64,000 nucleotides of DNA, from contig CM121341.1 of assembly GCA_051530055.1 (NCBI GenBank), positions 16,594,784 to 16,658,783 on the forward strand, given 5' to 3'. The notes below the pieces were generated by a model. That model had not been told where the DNA came from and ran no database searches. It worked only from the letters and a program-made list of their open reading frames with translations. Positions 1 through 9,523 of this stretch are shown piece by piece; the stretch's first letter is position 1, and every line of letters begins with the position of its first letter. Position numbers and translations under genes: made by a program. The stretch is from Neoechinorhynchus agilis (Eukaryota > Animalia > Acanthocephala).

Positions 1-1569
1 GACTAAAATACGCCAGAAAAGTATTGTTGGAAGATTATTAAGTACAAATGCCGGTTTCAACCGCTTTGAACTTCAACAATATCGCGCGGTTGAACACTTT
101 AATTTTTTGAACTCTGGCCAGCAGGTAACTATTATTCAGTATCTATCTATGTGTGGCTTTCTTCACGGCTAATGATTTTCCTTGGACACACAGCCCACCG
201 CAAAATCACTAATGGTAAAAACGGCAGCAACCCAATTTAATGATCAGAGCGACCAAAACTGTAGATATTATTTAACTTCGAAAACACTGCGTAGAGTGCA
301 TGAGGGAATCGGTATCCTATATCGAAGGAACACGAGAAAACAATCCGGACACGAATCAGTCAATCACAATAAGATAGGAAAAACACTTGAGAAAACATGC
401 AAATCTTAACAATGAGTTGATATGTTGGCAACTGTTTGCCCACGGCGAGACATCCGGCCAAAGAAAAGCCATTTCAAAAACGATAAAGTACATTGAGATA
501 GCGACACACCCGACAAATTCCTGAGATATTTTTTGATTTGAGACAAGTGACCTTTATCCCACGAAATTTGAGAATTTTACGGCGTCTGAGAGAAGCGATC
601 GTTTCCAAGCTGTGCGTCAAGTTGAAGGAAATGATCTAAAACGTTTCTTAGTCTAATTTCATGTATGTTTAGAACTAAAAATACTTAAAGCAGCAGCATA
701 AAACTTTGGAAATCGAATCTAAAACATCTCACTCTTCGAACGAAAAATGTAAAACGCTACCAACTAAAAGGTGTACTGCTCATCCTCTATTCTTTTTGAG
801 AGAGTAACAAGTCTTCCTAATAAGATAGCGCATCGTTGATATACACAATGCCCTTATGGGTTACAACCTAAATATGAATCTAATCCATGAGTTTTAAACG
901 ATTACTGACGGTTGGAATATTTTTTTGGTAAAAACTGTTTATCGGATTATCGACTGATTTCAAAACGCAATATACAAAGATTGTTAAAACCAAGTTAGTG
1001 AAGTAAATGCGTTTTCCTTGTTAAAATCCGACGTAACATTGGAACACTCCTGTGGACCAATCGAACCTTTAGACCTGTCTCTTCTAGGAACCTTCTTGGT
1101 GTCGCTCGTGAATTTTTCACTTACCATGTCAAGGGGTCAAACTTTCTACAGCAGTGAAGTACAGAACGAAAGACTCATTAGAACGTTTGTTTTTGGAAGT
1201 ATTGTTCATCTCGCAAGAGGTAAAAAGTGGTGGTCTTAAGGAGGCCAAAGTGCGAGGCGTTATTGTGCTTAACCAAAGGGATGAGCTTGCCTCATCAATG
1301 AACTTTGTTCTAACTCTAAATTTGTGGATTTTCTTTGAGGACGCTGACTCCGAAGTGTCGGTCAAACATAAATTTGTTTCAACCGCATAAATTGCTAAAT
1401 TAACGACAATAGAATGAAGTTATAAAAACAGTAGGTTGTTCCGATGTTAAATTGCTCAAAAACGCGACATTTAAGCCAATTTGGAGCAATTTGTAAAATT
1501 GAGCGCGTACTCCATATTTCTAAAACATTATCGAAACTCCGAGTTTATCGCCAAACTCGAATTACAAGG

Positions 1570-1735
1570 AATGTCGATATTTGAGGTACCGGGGAATGTG
1601 ATTGGAATTATTTTTTAGGTCTACACCCGGTAAATGAGTATTTATTAAAGACGTTTCGAACCTCGTCGGTTTCATCATCAGTTTGATAGTAATAGACGCT
1701 ACTGATTTACCGGGTGTAGACCTAAACAATAATTC
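1570..1735. repeat. Degenerate copy of the palindromic (foldback/MITE-like) element at 58745-58917
   Basis: ggaattattttttaggtctacacccggtaaat at 1604 has its inverted copy atttaccgggtgtagacctaaacaataattc at about 1706-1735. Left arm and about 35 bp of upstream flank match the 58.8-kb copy; the inner right arm is replaced by unrelated sequence. Confidence 0.85.
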
Positions 1736-2620
1736 TAATTAAAAGGAAATTTTCACTTTTATCTACAAATGTTATTTTTGTAGGATAAAAAGTAACCAAA
1801 TTTGTGATTTTGGTTTCCAATATTGATAATAAGTTCATTTTCAAATGTTTTCCATGCATTCATTTTACTTAAACTGTAATTTGCGGGTTTCATATTTTTC
1901 AACCGCGATTTTATCCATAAAATTGCGATGACAGTCGAAAAAGTACTTTATCGCATATTTTTTGACCATGAAGAATATGCATTTGTCTCAGTGTGATGAA
2001 AATTGTGAGTTTTATCGGTATTACGCGTTACGCTATTTTGAACCTTCATCTTTACGGTAATAACCGACATTTTTTATCTTACAATCCTGTCGTGCAACAT
2101 TTTAACAAGCGTGGAAATAGTTTCACAGTCAACGGCACAATAAAATAAACAAATTGCAGATACTTCGACCTTGTACAAGAAACCCGCATTTACGGTTGAT
2201 CTAACAATTTTTCGGTGCTTTGTCAAGCATTATTAAATTCAGTTTCCACCTGAGCGAGTCATTGGAAGATAGATCATCAAAAGTACCTTTTTCTCCGTGA
2301 TTCACATTCATGCTATGATGTGTTACTTGTTTTCCACCGAACGAAGAAACTCCTATTCTGTGGCATATCAAGACTACTGTACTCACAACACCAAACAGGT
2401 GCAAACAAATATCTTACGCGAATATTAGAATATTCCACTCAATGAACAAGAGATCTACTGTTTCGGATCGATGGTCAGCAAGTGAAACGCAGTATTCCAA
2501 CCGTCCATCATCTCTGAAGGTTTCTATTGCTTCACACATTTTTTATTTCATGCTACAAAAGATATTCAACGCCAATTTTCTAGCATAAATAGTTTGTTTG
2601 AAGATTAATTTGTTCATACT

Positions 2621-2813
2621 GGTTAGTTTCTGGCGGAGAAATTAAAATGATTTTATTTTCGAATCCGATATTTCGGGACAATCTTGTACGCCTTTGTCAA
2701 AGTTAAAAGGGCCTTTCATTTACTTCCAAACAACCTTGATAAAGACACAAGATTGTGCCGAAATGTCGGATTAGAAAACAAAATCATCTTAATTTCTCCG
2801 CCAGAAAACAACC
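2621..2813. mobile_element. Palindromic MITE-like element
   Basis: Imperfect inverted arms of about 80 bp: tttctggcggagaaattaaaatgattttattttcgaatccgatatttcgggacaatcttgt versus acaagattgtgccgaaatgtcggattagaaaacaaaatcatcttaatttctccgccagaaa. A degenerate relative lies at about 17570-17705. Confidence 0.7.
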
Positions 2814-3119
2814 AATAACCCAAATAGCACATTTTTGATTTTCGGCTTATCTATTAGACGAATACGCTTTGAAAAAATTCGCAGTCCTTCATTTAAACCC
2901 ATTTATAACAACTAACTATTCAATCTTAATCATGGGATTTATTTTTTGCAAAAAATGAAACTCAGAAAATTCATAAGTTTGTTAAAGTTATTTGGCAGGG
3001 GACACCCTTCAAGATAATGTGTAACCGATATTGTGCTCTTTTGTAAGTCAAGAGTGGTAATTTTTTCAAACAATCACACTTGTTTTTGCAAACATTCATC
3101 CCACCGATCTGTATCACTC

Positions 3120-3650
3120 AGCTGCTGTCCTAGTGTAACGGTCGAAAGGACGGATGCAGCGTTCCCTCGTTAGCAGGAATGCTCCTGACCTCGGATCGCC
3201 AGTGATTCGTCTCAATCTCTTGGACGATTGCTTGACCAGGTCCTGCGCCGCGGTACCAAACAACCCGAGTGTCTCGACGCCAAATTAAACAAAATAATGA
3301 TGTCGACCCAAGTCCCTGTATTTTGTCTTTTTGCGTTCCTCAGCGGCGGTTGCTGCTCCCTCTGGTTTGGTGGTGGCGAATTTTATGTTGCTGGCTGCGA
3401 GCTTGTTCACGGACGTGGCGTCCCAGGGAACGCATTCCCCCCGACACGGGAATATTGTGACACCGTCCGATCTATGGCCATCGAGTTGGCAAAGATTGCT
3501 CGGCTGTAGGATGTTGGGCGCATTCACAGTATTCAGAGCACGACTAACAATTGCACTTACTTCGGCGTGTCGTGAGTACCTTCCGCCTGATTGCCGACAG
3601 ATGAGAACATGTCATCCCGATGGTTCTACTGTCGCTCCGACGATCTTTGA
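3120..3650 (-). mobile_element. Decayed 3' fragment of a CRE-type non-LTR retrotransposon (zinc knuckle plus restriction-like endonuclease)
   Basis: Minus-strand translation: HVLICRQSGGRYSRHAEVSAIVSRAL...DGHRSDGVTIFPCRGECVPWDATSVNKLAAS...AAEERKKTKYRDLG...FGVETLGLFG...RGNAASVL. These match the CCHC, PDG..WD and QRGNA motifs of RLE elements; stops and a frameshift are present. Confidence 0.85.
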
Positions 3651-3659
3651 GTTAAAAAA

Positions 3660-4163
3660 TTAAATTTGCTTGTGGCAGTCAAAAACACATGTATATTTAT
3701 AATTTTGGTGAAAATACTCCCGGTAATAGCATATTTGGTTTATTGGAGATATTTCGCGACCAATAAAATCAAATATGCTATAACCGGGAGTATTGTCACC
3801 ATAATTATACTTTGAGTAACCCGAAGGATTTTCTATCGATGACATATATAACACGAAACTGGAGGTCGTTTCAATTTCCGAATTTTTTAACGATTTTATT
3901 TGTACATGCATGCATTGCGAGGTACTTTTCACGCATTCAACAAAAGCAACTTTCGAAGCTTCTAAAAGGCTCCAGAGAAAATGATAGGTCCCTGCTACTT
4001 GGTTGATAAATTTGAAAATATTATTATACATCGTTGATTTAACGATACAGCAAAGCGCCGTGAAAACACCTTTGATTGCGTCCTTCAGCTTCGTTCGTTC
4101 TACACGGCATTCAACGTCAAAATCGCAGGATATTTGATTACCACTTTCTTTTTTTAAGCACAA
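3660..4163 (-). CDS. Orphan open frame (167 codons), hypothetical protein or terminal exon
   Basis: Long stop-free frame in AT-rich DNA; TTG start in the track; no motif recognised. Confidence 0.3.
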   Translation of the reverse strand: MCLKKESGNQISCDFDVECRVERTKLKDAIKGVFTALCCIVKSTMYNNIFKFINQVAGTYHFLWSLLEASKVAFVECVKSTSQCMHVQIKSLKNSEIETTSSFVLYMSSIENPSGYSKYNYGDNTPGYSIFDFIGREISPINQICYYREYFHQNYKYTCVFDCHKQI

Positions 4164-5063
4164 GTTGGGCCATTCTCTTCGTTTTCAATTCGCTTTGAAA
4201 AGACCTATCATTTTGTTGAATTTTATATGAATGGAATCGTGTAAGTACTACGATTATGTAAGCGAAAAGCCTTTCACCTTAATTTTTCGGCATTGCAATC
4301 ATCTCTTTTATCTTTAGCAACTATAAGTGGTTCAACAAATGACCGCTATTTCTTTAAAATACGAGTTATTTTCAAAAATGCATCCTCGCCTTCAAATGAT
4401 CTAGTTTGTTTCGCGTTTGCGGGTGTCGTAGTCGAGTAAAATAGATTAGTTTACCCCCTCCTATTCAAAGAACGTTAAGTGGGTATATCGTTTTTTAAAG
4501 AGTCTCGGGTAAAATCTTTCATCAGAACTAAATATTAAACCATGTATACTATCATCCCTCTTGTCTCTCAGTCTACAAAACCGCATACTTTGACGTCCAA
4601 TCAAATGAGTTTGGATAAACGATCATCAGTGCTCAGAATTGCGTTCGGTCTTATTGTTTAAGTCACGCATTATCTATACAGGGATGCCGAACTCGATAAT
4701 TCGTGACCAATGCAACACTCAATTATTCAAACATCGCTACGAGATTCGTCTATTTGTTCACGATTGCGTCGGGATATATCGAAAACGCTTATTGGACTGT
4801 AGGTCACAATAGAACTTTGATCTTCGCAGCTATGATTTTTAGTATCATCGATAAATATTTCCTCATTACGATCACTCTTGTTGCTGCTATTAACTCAATC
4901 AATCTAGAAAAAACAATTAAATCAAGCGTCATCGCCACAGTACTCGTAATGTATTCAATGAAAAACATTTTCGCGTTACGATTGACTCTTCTTGCTACCC
5001 TTTGCATCATTTTCTCATAAATTTACTTTGAATGAATAATGCATTTTGTTTAAATAGGAATAA

Positions 5064-5893
5064 AAGAAGGCGTAAATCCAAGTCTTTTAATTTTTTATTG
5101 CATGTGAACGCATAATGTGGCCGTTTAAAATCAAAAAAAGGCAGTTCGCAAATTTGGAATGCTCGCTTGATCCCTGTAGAAAAAATAACCAGGAAATATC
5201 AAAACTCTTAAAATTTACGCCCAATGGAGCATACAAAACGCCTTCAGAGACCGAAATTGATCGAGCGTTGATAGCTTCAAAAGTCATTAATTCAATTCAC
5301 AACTGAGACAATGAATTCCTCGGGACATGTAATTCAAATGCTATTATATTGATGAAGTCTTACACTCATCTGAATGCATATGAGGAAAAATTAGCAGATT
5401 GTTTTAAATATCGGCATATTAATCATTTCAAAAAGAACAAATTAATTTCTATGCAATATTATCCGTTATCGGTGATTTATGCATATCCAATCAATAATAA
5501 TGAAACAAGAGAATATGGTGGTAGTCTGAGTATCTAGAGCAAAACACATTCCCGAGGAAGCCGCAAGACGGTGAAAGCTCGAAATAAAATTTTTATTTAT
5601 CATTACAACAGCCCGCCAGTGTCCATTGAAAAATTAAAGTTAGATACAAGAAGGCGTAAATCCAAGTCTTAATTTTTTATCGTATGCAAACGCATAATGT
5701 GACCGTTTAAAATAAAAAAAGCCCAGAAATTTAGAATGCGCACTTAATTCCTGTACAAAATAACAAAGAAAATATAAAAACTCTTAAAAATTGCGCTAAA
5801 TGGAAGTGACAAAATTACTTTGAGTCCGAAATTGATGATAGCTTCAAAAGTAATTAATTCAATTCCTCGGGGCATGTAATTCAAATGCTATTA
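5064..5893 (+). repeat. Diverged direct repeats of about 250-280 bp (5064-5346 and 5648-5893)
   Basis: Both copies begin aagaaggcgtaaatccaagtc and end cctcggg.catgtaattcaaatgctatta; offset 584 bp. Confidence 0.8.
5545..5590 (+). ncRNA. Minimal Penelope-type hammerhead ribozyme motif (CCGAGGA core variant)
   Basis: ttc-CCGAGGA-a-GCCG-caaga-CGGT-GAAA-GCT-C-gaa: stem II, palindromic AGCT for a dimeric stem III, short stem I ttc/gaa, followed by aataaa; lies about 0.5 kb upstream of a Penelope GIY-YIG fragment. Confidence 0.6.
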
Positions 5894-6089
5894 TTTTAAT
5901 AACAAGCTTTATTAATGGAGGAAGAGGAACCATATACCTTTGATTTTGGAGCATCGCGTTGGGAAAGTTGGTGGCTATTGGTGTAGGAGAGTTTGCTAGG
6001 TTGGGTCTTTCCTCAGGCTCATTTCGGATCATGAAATCCGAGAGGATTGGGCAGTATGGAAAAAGGAGCGGAGGTAGAGAAGGATGAAA

Positions 6090-6504
6090 GGAAGAAACGA
6101 AGGGCCTACCATTCGTCGATGATGAGCTGTTCACTGCAATTAACAATCTGATTTTATAGACGAAGAAAACCAAATCAGTAAGCTCCATAGTGAAGAAACA
6201 AGATGAGAATGAAAGCAAATGTGTGGTATACAAAATTCCCTGTAATGAATATAGTAAATCTTACGTAGGTCAAACAAACAATTTGAAAAGGAGAACAAAA
6301 GAACAGAAATATGCTTTGAGGAGAGGCGTCGATGCCGGTTCTGCAGGACTCAATCATTCTGAACAACAAGGGCACGTCATGGATATCTACAATGGCACCA
6401 TTTTGGCGCGAAGTGAATCCAAATGGGACAGCGATATATTTGATGCCATATTTATTCGCCAGCTTAAAACAGTAGACTGGGGAATAAGGCGGACTTCAAA
6501 CTGA
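6090..6504 (+). mobile_element. Penelope-like element fragment, GIY-YIG endonuclease
   Basis: KCVVYKIPCNEYSKSYVGQTNNLKRRTKEQKYALRR...NHSEQQGHVMD...DAIFIR matches the PLE VYKIPC..C...YVGQT...R..EH...H....H..D pattern; upstream in-frame stop. Confidence 0.85.
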
Positions 6505-6834
6505 ATCTAAGAGCAGTATGAATCTAACTTGTGTTTTTAGACCATTATAGAGGCACAAAATTATGTCGAAATATTCGGATGAATAAATTCTTTTAATTTT
6601 TATGTCAGATACAAACATGCTATGTATATCGAATTAATGATCATGAAAAGAGACTATGATTTTAAATACTGCATGCAATTTAAAGCGAAAAGAAGCCGCG
6701 GTCTCATTCGAGAATGGCAATAAAGTCCGTTTTGTTCTAAAAAACTGTAGAACAAATCAGGAGTCGAGACCCTGAAAAAGTATCGGCACATTCTGTTTCT
6801 CAACCAAATGATTCTTATTCCAAAAAACAACATC

Positions 6835-7368
6835 TCAATAAAGAGTGTTCGGTCGTTTCCCAGCGAATCTAGGATGATGCAGCTTCTTGTTTCGGACACG
6901 ATGAGCAAGTGGAAATGCGACTTTAGCGGAATGGAACTGTTTGACGGCAGCTCTTTTGCACTGCCTGGGTTTCAACTGTTGAACTCTCATTATCTGAACA
7001 CAAGTCGCTCTTGCACGATGTTTTGAAGCCATATCACGATAACACTGAGTCACGGCACCGGCACGAGTCAGGTCTCGATATTCCTTGTACATGTTGTGTT
7101 GCCCGGTCCTCGAATGATACCGAATGTAGATACCGTAATTCTTTGCTGTCAATCGATGATTCTCGTGAACTTGTCGGCATTCGATAACCTGTCCATTAGC
7201 TTTTTTCACCTTTTTCAAAAGTCTAAGGTAGTACCAAAATCGAGATTTCGCTTGAACTTCATCCGGGGCGTAGATCACCATTCGAAACAAAGGAGGATTC
7301 TCACCTTCCTTTGTCGGAAAACGACGACCTATGACGCTATACTCACGGAGTAGTCCACTGGCTTTCAT
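6835..7368 (-). CDS. RPL18A: 60S ribosomal protein L18a (eL20), intronless CDS, 177 aa
   Basis: MKASGLLREYSVIGR...APDEVQAKSRFWY...YHSRTGQHNMYKEYRDLTRAGAVTQCYRDMASKHRAR is a full-length eL20 signature. Confidence 0.98.
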   Translation of the reverse strand: MKASGLLREYSVIGRRFPTKEGENPPLFRMVIYAPDEVQAKSRFWYYLRLLKKVKKANGQVIECRQVHENHRLTAKNYGIYIRYHSRTGQHNMYKEYRDLTRAGAVTQCYRDMASKHRARATCVQIMRVQQLKPRQCKRAAVKQFHSAKVAFPLAHRVRNKKLHHPRFAGKRPNTLY

Positions 7369-7419
7369 TACTAGAAATCTCTCAAAAACATGAACGCGAT
7401 TGTAATGGCATGCAGAGCA

Positions 7420-7470
7420 CGAAAGCGCGAAAGAACAATAGGAAGTGGTGACGTAAGTCTTCGTTTTGTC
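7420..7470. promoter_or_regulatory. Putative bidirectional promoter core between RPL18A and PIGC
   Basis: Only 107 nt separate the two ATGs (7368 and 7476). Contains GGAAGT (ETS-like, 7441) and TGACGTAA (CRE/ATF-like, 7449), plus a pyrimidine-rich TOP-like tract on the RPL18A strand. Confidence 0.5.
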
Positions 7471-7475
7471 CCAAA

Positions 7476-8788
7476 ATGCTGACTGATAAACCGACCAAGA
7501 AATGGCGAAAGGTGGTATGGAAAGAACAAGATTACGCAGACAACTATGTACCGCCGGCGAGATTCCTAAGAGACCTTAAACGAAACCGTTAGTTGATTGT
7601 GTTCGCTGGATGTGCACGTTTCCTACTCCTAGTAAGTCCCCTACTTTACTCTTATTGGCACTCCGTTTTCTACGCTGGATTTATTATTCAAGAAATGAGC
7701 AGGTTAGTGATTTCTGCATTTTTAAGAAGAATCATTTTCAATCGACAGTATTCTCGTTATCGTACACATCTACAACTACTCACTGAGAAAAAACATACAA
7801 CAATCTTTGGAGCAAAATAGACACTGGTGGATGCCAGTGGAAACAATAGCACAGTTTCTATCGGTTTGGGTGTTCATTTCGTTCGGATTAATATTATATG
7901 AACGTTATGGAAAAAATGAAGACGTTCACGCAGTCGACGAATCAAGTATGAGATTTCCGATGAACGTTAATTACTAAATCGTGTAGGATTTTCCCAATTC
8001 AATAGAGGTGTGGCTCTCACGTGCCTCACAGTGTTTGCATCGCCTCTTTTGAACACGCTAACGAATTCAATCAGCACCGATACCATTTACGCAATGTCCA
8101 CTCTCATGTTCGCTCTACATCTAATCTTCTTCGATTACGGATTTAGAACTTCGTTGTAAGTCTGGCCACTGAGAAAGATTTACAATGAGAGTTTTATCCG
8201 TGATATTCGTCTGATAAAATTTTTTTAGTGAGTAGCTCGGACCTCTGATTTATCATCTTGATACGGACAAAGTCGTATTAGTCGACTTGATCTTGATTTT
8301 CAAAACCTCTTTCGAAAGTCTTTCTTTAGACCTCAACGTGCATTGTCTCTAAACACCGCTTACTTCGCATCAGTATGCCTATCGTCCAGATTGAACACTT
8401 ACTTGGACACATTCTTGCTAATATCCTCAAGTGTTATCCTTTTTCTGATTTTACCTCCGCTCCGCAATAAACTCAACGTAAGCGCAATGACATTCCTAAC
8501 AAAGTCATACGATACATTTAGGCTCTGGATTCGAAAATGTTTTCCGGAACAATAATAAGCCTACTTTGTTTCTTAATTTCCGTCCTAATCCTATCCAACA
8601 CAAAGCAATTGCTTTGTTTGTACTTAATGTTCACCGTTTTCACTGTATTCGTCTGTCCAACATATCTTGTATATCTACAAAGATTTAAAAGGTTTTGTTG
8701 TTGTTTTGTTTGTATGGAAATCAACAATAGGATCGTTAGTGTCATCAATGGTCCGTGGGATGAAGCAACGATTCCATCCTGCAAATGA
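7476..8788 (+). CDS. PIGC: GPI-GlcNAc transferase subunit C, 7 exons (7476-7587, 7633-7702, 7749-7945, 7987-8155, 8330-8477, 8522-8691, 8740-8788), 304 aa
   Basis: Hand-spliced GT-AG model with consistent phases gives [17 protein letters not shown]...[19 protein letters not shown]...HLIFFDYG...[16 protein letters not shown]...VINGPWDEA, the PIG-C/GPI2 hallmarks. Confidence 0.93.
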
Positions 8789-9052
8789 TTCTATCCAATA
8801 CTCAACATGATCAATTATAAACTGGCGCACACAAAACATCTCAAAAACTTTATTAATGTTCGATTTCGTCGCTCTTTTTTTAATAAGACGTTTATGGTTA
8901 CGATTTGGCTTTAAGCACACAGCAGTCGCTTGACAAAATTATGGGAAACTCACGTAGGGAAGCACGTTAAACCAAAAATACACTGATAAGGCGAATCAGA
9001 ATTTTTATTATTGGGCACGAATTTCGTGAAATGTACAATATTTAGCGGAACC

Positions 9053-9523
9053 ATGAAACCGGCACTGTTCGTGGTTCTCGTATCCTTTATTCTCTTCAAA
9101 AACGTTGTATGTCTGCTCGTGGCTCATGAAGAAAAACTAGTTCACTCTTGTACGTATCCGAGTAATATTTTCAGTGCTAAAAAAGACTCTGAACCACAGA
9201 CCGTCCACACTTTTGTTACCATGGACCCACGTACGGGCCTAATAATGGCAACAAAAACCAAGAATATTGGACTTATGACAATAAAAAAGGACAATGTGTA
9301 CCGTTTAAGTACCGAGGACAGAACGGATCTCTTAATCTGTTTCGCACTCGATATGAATGTAAGGAGACTTGTGAATACATCGATATGCTCCACGTATGGA
9401 TTCAAAGATAAAATACTCTTTGGTGGAGAAGTGTCGTTCATACAAGAATTTCGAACACACCACAAACTCCCCAATGGTCAGACGGGAATAAACTGCTTCC
9501 TTTTGCTTTTCCAATTCCAATGA
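9053..9523 (+). CDS. Orphan protein with N-terminal signal-peptide-like segment, 156 aa
   Basis: ATG at 9053 behind a tttag acceptor; MKPALFVVLVSFILF... is basic then hydrophobic; the last 86 nt overlap the TDP2 CDS antisense. Confidence 0.45.
   Translation: MKPALFVVLVSFILFKNVVCLLVAHEEKLVHSCTYPSNIFSAKKDSEPQTVHTFVTMDPRTGLIMATKTKNIGLMTIKKDNVYRLSTEDRTDLLICFALDMNVRRLVNTSICSTYGFKDKILFGGEVSFIQEFRTHHKLPNGQTGINCFLLLFQFQ

Noticed and set aside
4703-5020. Hydrophobic 105-aa ORF
   Set aside because: GTG start, composition explained by AT richness, and no family match recognised.
8518-8920. Minus-strand ORFs 8518-8784 and 8675-8920
   Set aside because: Antisense shadows of PIGC exons and its 3' flank.
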